A DNA stretch of 36,101 nucleotides from a virus (Duplodnaviria > Caudoviricetes). The position numbers and the translations under genes were made by a program. Positions 7,624 to 14,817 of the stretch are shown piece after piece. The DNA is taken from the IMG/VR virus record IMGVR_UViG_3300031519_000086, positions 1-36,101 of that record; one strand, written 5' to 3'. Positions within the stretch are counted from its first letter, which is position 1. Each line of letters begins with the position of its first letter. The notes beneath the pieces were generated by a model that saw only the letters and a program-made list of their open reading frames with translations, had not been told where the DNA came from and searched no databases.

Positions 7624-7649
7624 ACCTTAACCATTTACAGGAGGTCAAG

Positions 7650-8381
7650 TTGCAACAGGACTACGACAAACTTCTAATCGACGGAGATGTACTAGCCTAT
7701 CGTGCAGCTTTCTCCTGTCAGGATAGCTCACAAGAAGATGCTATCGAAAAGCTAGACGACATTGTGTACGAGATACTCAACGAGGTATACTGGGATGCAC
7801 ATGATGATGACATCAAGGACAGCTACATCGTTTACCTAACTGGCAGTGGTAACTTTAGATACGACTACGCAGTCAGCTACCCCTACAAAGGCAACAGAAA
7901 GAACACTGAGAAACCCATTCACCTTCGTGCAATCAGAGATCACATGATTGATAACTGGGATGCAGTGGTGTCAGAAGATGAAGAGGCAGATGATCTTATT
8001 GGTATCGGTGCTACACACTACGGACCTGACACCATCGTAGCTACCATTGACAAGGACATGCTTCAACTTCCCTGCGTACACTACAACCCTAACAAGAAGA
8101 CTTGGAAGACAGTGGATGAGTTCGGTGGCCTTAAGTTTTTCTACCACCAAATCCTTACTGGTGACACAGCTGACAACATCGTAGGACTTAAAGGGGTAGG
8201 ACCTAAGACAGCTGACAAACTACTGGCTGAGGTAAGTACTGAGTGTGATATGTTTAAGGTAGTTCTAGACGCATACGAAGGCGATGTAGACAGGATCATG
8301 GAGAACGCAAGGCTGCTCTGGTTGCGTCGTGAAGTGGGTCAAATATGGGAGGCCCCTGAATGCGATTTCGATCTGGACTAG
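7650..8381 (+). CDS. 5'-3' exonuclease (T7 gp6-like)
   Basis: LLIDGD, YKGNR, EADD, DKDM, GDTADNIVGLKGVGPKTA; TTG start after GGAGG. Confidence 0.92.
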   Translation: MQQDYDKLLIDGDVLAYRAAFSCQDSSQEDAIEKLDDIVYEILNEVYWDAHDDDIKDSYIVYLTGSGNFRYDYAVSYPYKGNRKNTEKPIHLRAIRDHMIDNWDAVVSEDEEADDLIGIGATHYGPDTIVATIDKDMLQLPCVHYNPNKKTWKTVDEFGGLKFFYHQILTGDTADNIVGLKGVGPKTADKLLAEVSTECDMFKVVLDAYEGDVDRIMENARLLWLRREVGQIWEAPECDFDLD

Positions 8382-8722
8382 AGGCACGTACTGCTAAGTA
8401 TCTTCGGTCAAAGAAAGTTAAGTTCACTTACGAGAAGGTCAGGCTACCTTGGATAGACACTAGGCAGAAACACTACACCCCTGACTTCATCCTCTCTAAC
8501 GGTATTATCATTGAGACTAAGGGCCGTTTTATTTCATCTGATAGAATGAAACACTTGATGGTTAAAGAACAACACCCTGACCTAGACATACGCTTCGTCT
8601 TTACAAACCCTAACGCTAGACTATCTAAAGGTTCTAAGACAACGTATGCCATGTGGTGTGAGAAGCATGGTTACAAGTACGCAAAAGAAACAATACCTGA
8701 GGAGTGGTTAAATGAGCGTTAA
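8360..8722 (+). CDS. endonuclease I / Holliday junction resolvase (T7 gp3-like)
   Basis: FRSGLE, YTPDF, IIETKG, HPDLDIRFVF. Confidence 0.95.
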   Translation: MRFRSGLEARTAKYLRSKKVKFTYEKVRLPWIDTRQKHYTPDFILSNGIIIETKGRFISSDRMKHLMVKEQHPDLDIRFVFTNPNARLSKGSKTTYAMWCEKHGYKYAKETIPEEWLNER

Positions 8723-8921
8723 GATTCACAAAGTTCTGGATGGCCCCTACGAGGATGACTACGAGTACTTCTTAGTCTGCCTTGTGGAGGATGACAAAGG
8801 TGAGTTGTACCACAATGAGATTTACTTCGAGACAATGGACGCAGCCTACTCACTCATCAAACATCTCTCTAATACTATTGAGGCTGTAGAAATAGACGAC
8901 GAGGACATTGACAATGTTTGA
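8712..8921 (+). CDS. hypothetical acidic protein
   Basis: 69-aa ORF with SD GGAG. Confidence 0.7.
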   Translation: MSVKIHKVLDGPYEDDYEYFLVCLVEDDKGELYHNEIYFETMDAAYSLIKHLSNTIEAVEIDDEDIDNV

Positions 8922-8936
8922 TCTTAGTAGTAGAAT
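8908..8936 (+). promoter_or_regulatory. putative internal sigma70 promoter TTGACA-17-TAGAAT
   Basis: Perfect -35, 5/6 match at -10, 17-bp spacer; upstream of mazG-nrdJ-grx. Confidence 0.6.
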
Positions 8937-9099
8937 TATCGCCCTCGTTGAGAACTTTGGCCTACTCTGGTTACTCGAAGACAATGAGATTACCGAAGAA
9001 CTTGTAGTAAGATACTTAGTAGACGAGGGGTTTATTGACCCTGAGGACTACTTCAATACTGATGTTGAAATGGAAGAATGGAAGAGATTGGAAGAATGA
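8914..9099 (+). CDS. hypothetical acidic protein
   Basis: ATG8914 with SD GAGGA. Confidence 0.65.
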   Translation: MFDLSSRIIALVENFGLLWLLEDNEITEELVVRYLVDEGFIDPEDYFNTDVEMEEWKRLEE

Positions 9100-9407
9100 A
9101 CTTTAAGGAATACCAAACAAAGGCAGTTAGCTTCGCAGTCTACCCTGCTACACACAAGGTTATCTACCCTACCTTGGGCCTGTGTGGTGAGGCAGGTGAG
9201 GTAGCTGAGAAGGTGAAGAAGCAGGTACGTGACAATAAGTTCAGTCGTCACGAGACAGCCAAGGAACTGGGTGACGTGCTCTGGTACTTAGCTAACCTAG
9301 CCAACGATCTAGGCTACAGCCTGACAGAGATTGCTGAGAACAACATTGAGAAACTGGAGAGCCGCAAGGAACGTGGTGTCATTCAAGGGTCAGGAGATAA
9401 CCGATGA
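9096..9407 (+). CDS. mazG: MazG-like nucleotide pyrophosphohydrolase
   Basis: GLCGEAGEVAEKVKK...KELGDVLWY; ATGA overlap with the upstream gene. Confidence 0.9.
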   Translation: MNFKEYQTKAVSFAVYPATHKVIYPTLGLCGEAGEVAEKVKKQVRDNKFSRHETAKELGDVLWYLANLANDLGYSLTEIAENNIEKLESRKERGVIQGSGDNR

Positions 9408-11299
9408 GCAACCAACTACCAACAGACTACCAAGCATTCATCCACAAGTCACGGTATGCTAAGTACCATGAGGGTTCAGGTCGTGAGTCATGGGATGATA
9501 CAGTCACACGTTTCTCTGTTAACGTGATCCGTGACATGGTTGACCCTGAAACTAAGTACCAGCTAGAGCAAGCTATCATGGGCCTTGAGGTCATGCCATC
9601 CATGCGTTCACTCATGACAGCTGGTGCTGCTGCTGAACGTGACAACACATGTATGTACAACTGTAGCTACCTAGCCGTAGATGACCTTAAGTCCTTCGAT
9701 GAGGCTATGTTTATCCTCCTCTGTGGTACTGGTGTCGGCTTCAGTGTTGAACGTCAGTCCATCTCTAAGCTCCCTGAGGTCCCTGAACTGTTCCAGAGTG
9801 AGACTAACATTGTCGTCAAGGACAGCAAGGAAGGGTGGGCTAAGGCTTTCCGTCAAGTGATTGCACTCCTGTATAGTGGTGAGATTCCTACGTGGGATGT
9901 GTCTAAGGTACGTCCAGCTGGTGCTCCACTCAAGACATTCGGTGGTCGTGCCTCTGGCCCAGCACCTTTGGTTGACCTGTTCAACTTCACTATCAACACA
10001 TTCAAGAAGGCTGCTGGTCGTAAGCTGTCCTCTGTTGAGTGTCACGATATCATGTGCAAGATTGGTGAGGTAGTAGTCGTTGGTGGTGTACGCCGCAGTG
10101 CTATGATCTCTCTGTCTAACCTTTCTGATGACCGTATGCGTTCAGCTAAGAGTGGTGCATGGTGGGAGAACAACCCACAACGTGCCTTGGCTAACAACTC
10201 TGTGTCCTACACTGAAAAGCCTGACAACCTGTCCTTCATGAAAGAGTGGATGTCTCTGGTCGAATCAGGCTCAGGTGAACGTGGTATCTTTAATCGTCAG
10301 GCATCTAAGAAACAGGCTGCATTGAATGGTCGTCGTGATGCTGACTATGAGTTTGGGACTAACCCATGCAGCGAAATCATCTTGCGTCCAAGCCAGTTCT
10401 GTAACCTAACAGAGTGCGTAGTACGAGCTACTGATAACATTGACACACTGTCTGAGAAGGTACGCCTAGCTACTATCCTTGGTACGATCCAGTCCACCTA
10501 CGTTAAGTTCCCGTACCTGCGTAAGCAATGGATAGACAACACGTCTGAAGAACGTCTGCTTGGTGTGTCCCTTACAGGTATCATGGACAACCCACTGATG
10601 ACCTTGAAGAACAAAGGATTGGATAAGACCCTTGCTCACCTTAAAGAAGTTGCAGTTGCTACCAATGCTGAGTGGGCTGCTAAACTTGGTATTCCTGTTG
10701 CTGCTGCTATTACTTGTGTCAAGCCATCAGGCACGGTATCCCAGCTGGTTAATAGTGCCTCAGGAATCCATGCCCGTCACTCACCCTACTATATTCGCAC
10801 CGTTAGAGGTGACAACAAAGACCCTCTCACCCAGTTCATGAAGGACCAAGGTATCCCTAGTGAGCCTGACGCCTTCAAGCCTGACCAGACTACAGTGTTT
10901 AGCTTCCCACAGAAGGCCCCTAAAGGTGCTGTGTGCACTAAGGACATGACTGCTATCGAACAACTAGAGATGTGGTTGATGTATCAACGTAACTGGTGTG
11001 AGCATAAACCCTCAGTCACCATCAATGTTAAGGGTGAGGAGTGGCTAGAGGTAGGAGCCTTCGTGTACAAACACTTCGATGAGATGTCAGGTGTTTCATT
11101 CCTACCGTTCAATGAGCACACGTACCAGCAAGCACCCTATCAGGACTGCGGCAAGAGAGACTATGAGATTCTCAAGTCGTGTATGCCTGATCGTATTGAC
11201 TGGTCTAAGCTTTCAGAGTATGAGAATGAGGACAACACATCTGGTAGTCAGACGTTAGCTTGCTCTGGTGACTCATGTGAAATCGTAGACTTAACCTAA
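9404..11299 (+). CDS. nrdJ: class II (adenosylcobalamin-dependent) ribonucleotide reductase
   Basis: PSMR, YNCS, GTGVGFS, VGGVRRSA, TNPCSEI, CNL, KPSGTVS, C-terminal CSGDSC; no beta-subunit gene in the window. Confidence 0.93.
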   Translation: MSNQLPTDYQAFIHKSRYAKYHEGSGRESWDDTVTRFSVNVIRDMVDPETKYQLEQAIMGLEVMPSMRSLMTAGAAAERDNTCMYNCSYLAVDDLKSFDEAMFILLCGTGVGFSVERQSISKLPEVPELFQSETNIVVKDSKEGWAKAFRQVIALLYSGEIPTWDVSKVRPAGAPLKTFGGRASGPAPLVDLFNFTINTFKKAAGRKLSSVECHDIMCKIGEVVVVGGVRRSAMISLSNLSDDRMRSAKSGAWWENNPQRALANNSVSYTEKPDNLSFMKEWMSLVESGSGERGIFNRQASKKQAALNGRRDADYEFGTNPCSEIILRPSQFCNLTECVVRATDNIDTLSEKVRLATILGTIQSTYVKFPYLRKQWIDNTSEERLLGVSLTGIMDNPLMTLKNKGLDKTLAHLKEVAVATNAEWAAKLGIPVAAAITCVKPSGTVSQLVNSASGIHARHSPYYIRTVRGDNKDPLTQFMKDQGIPSEPDAFKPDQTTVFSFPQKAPKGAVCTKDMTAIEQLEMWLMYQRNWCEHKPSVTINVKGEEWLEVGAFVYKHFDEMSGVSFLPFNEHTYQQAPYQDCGKRDYEILKSCMPDRIDWSKLSEYENEDNTSGSQTLACSGDSCEIVDLT

Positions 11300-11308
11300 G
11301 GATAACTT

Positions 11309-11554
11309 ATGTACACTGTCATAACTCGCAACCAATGTAACTTCTGTGACACAGCCAAAGCCCTGTTGAAAGGAGCAGGGCAAGGCTACACAGAGTATAA
11401 CGTACAGTCCGATAGCTCTAAGTGGGTACTGACCCTGATGAAACAGGCAGGTCTTAAGACTGTACCTCAAATCTTTTCTTCTAGTGGTACTCACATTGGA
11501 GGGTACACTGAGTTGCAAGAGTTCTTCGGGAAGTTAGAAGGGAGTGACGCATGA
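11309..11554 (+). CDS. glutaredoxin
   Basis: CNFC active site, TVPQIF, HIGGY; directly follows the RNR. Confidence 0.92.
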   Translation: MYTVITRNQCNFCDTAKALLKGAGQGYTEYNVQSDSSKWVLTLMKQAGLKTVPQIFSSSGTHIGGYTELQEFFGKLEGSDA

Positions 11555-12000
11555 CAGCTGTACGTAAGCAATTCAACAGGGCCTTGTATGAGGCATACGA
11601 TAGCCCAGCCCGTGATGCCTTGGTCTCCTACTTGGAGGCTAAGGGTCACACCATTGTCAACAACGAAGAGAACTACAACGTAGACGTGGTGTCACAGAAG
11701 GATGGGTTCACTTACTTTAACGAAGCTGAGGTTAAGACTGCATGGAAGAGTGATTGGCCTACACACTGGACTGAGATTCGTATCCCTGAACGTAAGCAAC
11801 GTCTCCTTGACAAACACAACCCTGATGATTCCAATGTCCTTAACTTCTACATCTTTCGTCCTGACTTCAAACAGGCATGGCGTATCAAGGACACACTGTT
11901 GACACAGGATAGTCTTAAGGAAGCCAAGGGACGATACATCCAGAAGGGTGAGAAGTTCTTTCATATCCCCTACACAGAAGCAGAGTTGATTAAGCTATGA
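11551..12000 (+). CDS. putative PD-(D/E)XK-fold nuclease-like protein
   Basis: VDV...EAEVK spacing typical of the restriction-endonuclease fold. Confidence 0.5.
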   Translation: MTAVRKQFNRALYEAYDSPARDALVSYLEAKGHTIVNNEENYNVDVVSQKDGFTYFNEAEVKTAWKSDWPTHWTEIRIPERKQRLLDKHNPDDSNVLNFYIFRPDFKQAWRIKDTLLTQDSLKEAKGRYIQKGEKFFHIPYTEAELIKL

Positions 12001-12419
12001 TGCAGTTGGACCTGTTCCAAGAGCTAAAGAATCAAGAAGAGGACGGACTAAGACACAAGAAGTGTTATGTCTGCGGAGATACTAAACCTCATATAAAGCA
12101 ATACTTTGATATAGGTGTATCAACTAAGTCTGGCCTAGTTCACCTAAAGGGTCTGTGTAAAAACTGCAGTAGGCAGGGTTCTAAAATAGCTAAAGAGTTA
12201 AGGTCTTTACACTTAAGTGTCAAAACAGAAAACTGTGATTGTTGCGGTAGGCATGTAAGTGAACTAAAGAGAGACTTTCACCTAGACCACTGTTATAAGA
12301 CTGGTAAGTTTAGAGGGTGGCTTTGCCCTCAGTGTAACAGGGGTATAGGTAACTTAGGGGAATCCGTTGAAGGCCTAGAAAAAGCTATAGAGTATTTAAG
12401 GAAATCAGATGAGCAATGA
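11997..12419 (+). CDS. endonuclease VII-family HNH nuclease (likely free-standing homing endonuclease)
   Basis: CDCC...HLDHCYKTGKFRGWLCPQCNRGIG, N-terminal CxxC pairs; A-rich codons unlike its neighbours. Confidence 0.85.
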   Translation: MMQLDLFQELKNQEEDGLRHKKCYVCGDTKPHIKQYFDIGVSTKSGLVHLKGLCKNCSRQGSKIAKELRSLHLSVKTENCDCCGRHVSELKRDFHLDHCYKTGKFRGWLCPQCNRGIGNLGESVEGLEKAIEYLRKSDEQ

Positions 12420-13116
12420 ACCTCCAAAGAAACAGACACGTACCCGTCGCAAGACTACCTACAAGGGAGCCTCAGCTAAGAAGACCTCAGGTATCATCCC
12501 TCGTACTGACAACCAAGGTAAGTTACTTCAAGCCCTAACCAGTAGCAGTCAGGTGTTTATCCTTGGGCCAGCTGGTACAGGTAAGACCTACGTCACTGCC
12601 ACCTACGCAGCTGACCAGTATACACTCAAGGAGGTTGACAAGATCGTGGTCACCCGTCCTCACGTAGCTGTAGGTAAGGAACTAGGGTTCTTGAAAGGAG
12701 ACCTACATGAGAAGACTATGCCTTGGGCTTTACCTGTCTTGGACGTTCTGGAGAAACACCTTGGCAAGGGAGCAGTCGAAACAGGGATAAAGAATGGCAA
12801 CATTGAGATGGCTCCTCTTGCTCTTATGCGGGGCCGTAGCTTCGATAATGCCTTCATAATTGTAGACGAAGCACAGAACATCACAACACACGAACTTAAG
12901 ATGCTGTTGACAAGGGTAGGTGAGGGGTCAACGATTGTCCTTAACGGTGATGCACAACAGTCAGACCTAAAGGAAGCAGATGGCCTATCTAAAGTTATCC
13001 ACCTAGCTAAGAAGCACATGCTTGATGTACCTATCATCGAGTTTGGGGTTGACGACATTGTTAGAAGTGGTATATGTGCTGAGTGGGTTAAGGTATTCAT
13101 GAAGGAGAACTTGTAA
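12409..13116 (+). CDS. phoH: PhoH-like ATPase
   Basis: GPAGTGKT, LGFLKG, MRGRSF, DEAQN, LTRVG, GDAQQSD, VRS. Confidence 0.95.
   Translation: MSNEPPKKQTRTRRKTTYKGASAKKTSGIIPRTDNQGKLLQALTSSSQVFILGPAGTGKTYVTATYAADQYTLKEVDKIVVTRPHVAVGKELGFLKGDLHEKTMPWALPVLDVLEKHLGKGAVETGIKNGNIEMAPLALMRGRSFDNAFIIVDEAQNITTHELKMLLTRVGEGSTIVLNGDAQQSDLKEADGLSKVIHLAKKHMLDVPIIEFGVDDIVRSGICAEWVKVFMKENL
13049..13076 (+). promoter_or_regulatory. putative promoter TTGACG-16-TATATG with TGn extension
   Basis: Inside the 3' end of phoH, upstream of the last two ORFs and the tRNA. Confidence 0.35.
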
Positions 13117-13391
13117 TGGCTAAGTGGAACATAGAGAATCTAGCACACGCAGATGTAAAGCAACACGAGTACGAGGATGTAGTTAACAAACCTGCTCACT
13201 ACGGTGATGGTGCTATCGAATGTATTGACTACATGAAGGACAACATGGACCACATGATGTTCATGGGCTACCTAGAGGGCAATGCTAAGAAGTACATGCA
13301 CCGTTACCGATACAAAGGTAAACCAGTAGAAGACCTACGCAAGGCACGGTGGTACTTGGATCGTTTGATTACTGAAATGGAGGGAGGTTAG
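13116..13391 (+). CDS. DUF3310 / T7 gp1.7-like (nucleotide kinase-like) protein
   Basis: DVVNKPAHY...IECID...GNAKKY..RY..KG..EDLRKARWYL. Confidence 0.85.
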   Translation: MAKWNIENLAHADVKQHEYEDVVNKPAHYGDGAIECIDYMKDNMDHMMFMGYLEGNAKKYMHRYRYKGKPVEDLRKARWYLDRLITEMEGG

Positions 13392-13392
13392 T

Positions 13393-13575
13393 ATGTTTAG
13401 TTTGATTGCTGTAGTCTGTCAGGGTTTTGTTTGTGTCAGCTTCACTCCTCCTAAAGTCTACACTACTGAGACGGCTTGTATGGAAGATGCCCTTGTTCTA
13501 TACAGAACTGTACAAGACACTCCTGAAAGAGAACTCATTAACATGGACTGCTACGAGTGGCAGGATAAAGTGTAA
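13393..13575 (+). CDS. small Cys-containing hypothetical protein
   Basis: 60 aa, SD GGAGG, hydrophobic N-terminus, 4 Cys. Confidence 0.7.
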   Translation: MFSLIAVVCQGFVCVSFTPPKVYTTETACMEDALVLYRTVQDTPERELINMDCYEWQDKV

Positions 13576-13652
13576 CTTCTCTTAGCTCAACTGGATAGAG
13601 CAAGTCACTTCTAATGACTAGGTTGTAGGTTCGAGTCCTACAGAGAAGACCA
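13576..13652 (+). tRNA. tRNA-Arg(UCU)
   Basis: Acceptor CTTCTCT/AGAGAAG, D arm GCTC..GAGC, anticodon arm AGTCA-CTTCTAA-TGACT, T loop GGTTCGAGTCC, encoded CCA. Confidence 0.95.
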
Positions 13653-13656
13653 ATAA

Positions 13657-13697
13657 CAAAAGCCCCCTTGGAAATTAATCCTTGGGGGCTTCTTATT
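13657..13697. terminator. bidirectional rho-independent terminator between the two genome arms
   Basis: AAGCCCCC...GGGGGCTT stem, A-rich on the left and T-rich on the right, at the convergence point. Confidence 0.85.
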
Positions 13698-13830
13698 AGT
13701 AACCACTCTTGCTTTTCATTTTCTTCTTACCCTTGGTAGCAGCCTTGTGCTTACTACCCTTCATCAAAGAACCATCTGGCATGTAGTGGTAGCCCTTAGG
13801 TGCTTTCTTTCTAGTAGGTTTCTTAGCCAT
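13696..13830 (-). CDS. small Lys-rich protein, 44 aa (MAKKPTRKKAPKGYHYMPDGSLMKG...), not in ORF track
   Basis: Read manually; SD GGAGG upstream. Confidence 0.8.
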   Translation of the reverse strand: MAKKPTRKKAPKGYHYMPDGSLMKGSKHKAATKGKKKMKSKSGY

Positions 13831-13832
13831 TG

Positions 13833-13979
13833 TTACCTCCTCTTTGCAGTCTTAGCTGCTTGCTTAAAGTTCTTAGCAGTAGGAGCACCTTTGCTGCCTA
13901 CCTTCCTCATCTTCTCACCTGATCCAGCTGCTATCCGTTTCCGTTTAGCATGGATGTTTGCGTATAGTCCTTTAGCCAT
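13833..13979 (-). CDS. small basic protein, 48 aa (MAKGLYANIHAKRKRIAAGSGEKMRK...), not in ORF track
   Basis: Read manually; ATG overlaps the upstream stop; sequence type recalled from other phages. Confidence 0.85.
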   Translation of the reverse strand: MAKGLYANIHAKRKRIAAGSGEKMRKVGSKGAPTAKNFKQAAKTAKRR

Positions 13980-14233
13980 TACCACTTCACCTTGTTAGCC
14001 CAGTATGCTGCACTCATCTTGCCCTTCTTAATGTTCTTGGCATGACGAGCCTTGAACGCTTTGTTCCTAGCTGTGCCATCTGGACTACCCTTGACACCCT
14101 TCTGACCAAAGCGGATGATCTTTTCTTTACCGTTCTCACAAGCCTTAACAACATGAGACTTAGATGCGTGGTCAGGTGTAGTGCGAGGGGTGTTGCACTT
14201 CATCTTTGACTTGTCTAGTCTTTTACTGGACAC
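13979..14233 (-). CDS. small basic conserved phage protein
   Basis: KSHVV...KIIRFGQKG...FKARH...SAAYWANKVKW. Confidence 0.85.
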   Translation of the reverse strand: MSSKRLDKSKMKCNTPRTTPDHASKSHVVKACENGKEKIIRFGQKGVKGSPDGTARNKAFKARHAKNIKKGKMSAAYWANKVKW

Positions 14234-14483
14234 GATCTCTCTCCATCATTACCTTTATAGAGTTGATGTTCTCATCAATACGAGCCATAGCTACAGCCTG
14301 AGCCTGTACACTGGCCTCAAGAGCAATCAATCTTGACTCATGTCTTACAATCTCTCTAGTGTTACTCTCAATCTCACTGTCAAGTGAAGCTACAAACCAC
14401 ACAAGAGCTACAGTTTGCATGACGATAGCAAATATAAACGTCATAGGTACGGATTTGTTTAGATGCCAAGCGTTATCAACCAC
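14223..14483 (-). CDS. single-TM plus coiled-coil protein, possible holin or lysis accessory
   Basis: N-terminal TM segment then heptad-rich region; adjacent to the spanin-like gene and PG hydrolase. Confidence 0.5.
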   Translation of the reverse strand: MVDNAWHLNKSVPMTFIFAIVMQTVALVWFVASLDSEIESNTREIVRHESRLIALEASVQAQAVAMARIDENINSIKVMMERDRVQ

Positions 14484-14814
14484 GGTATTTCCCCATTGTT
14501 ATTGTTTTTAAGAAGCCTCTCCACATCTCTTGAGGAGATGGTAGTACCCAGCCTAAGATTAGTAGAAGGATTACCCAAGGAGGGATGTCCTCGTTTATTA
14601 CGTTCAGTGAGTCGATAGCCCCACTAGGAGTGACACCAGTGTTGACTGTATCAGCCTTGATGATGTCACCTACCTGAGCACCCGTCTGGTTGTTCTCCTG
14701 CCCCGCCTGTACGTTAGCTGCTACGTTAGGGCCACCCCCACCTAGAAGGGAGAGAGGGTTACCTAGACAGCCTGACAGGAGGAGGATGAGGGTAAGAGAA
14801 GCTAGGAGTTTCAT
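14476..14814 (-). CDS. unimolecular spanin-like lipoprotein
   Basis: Signal peptide with lipobox LSG-C (no Asp at +2) and C-terminal TM IPPWVILLLILGWVL. Confidence 0.7.
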   Translation of the reverse strand: MKLLASLTLILLLSGCLGNPLSLLGGGGPNVAANVQAGQENNQTGAQVGDIIKADTVNTGVTPSGAIDSLNVINEDIPPWVILLLILGWVLPSPQEMWRGFLKTITMGKYRG

Positions 14815-14817
14815 TAG

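Noticed and set aside
9404-11299. Intein or intron in the RNR (also considered for terminase and helicase)
   Set aside because: Lengths are compact and motifs continuous; no intein C-terminal HN-C/S/T junction or LAGLIDADG block recognised
13576-13652. tRNA as attP or prophage boundary
   Set aside because: No integrase or repressor, no duplicated tRNA 3' end, and phage genes on both sides
13747-13998. Hydrophobic + strand ORF that could look like a holin
   Set aside because: Antisense shadow of two Lys-rich minus-strand genes and lies beyond the terminator
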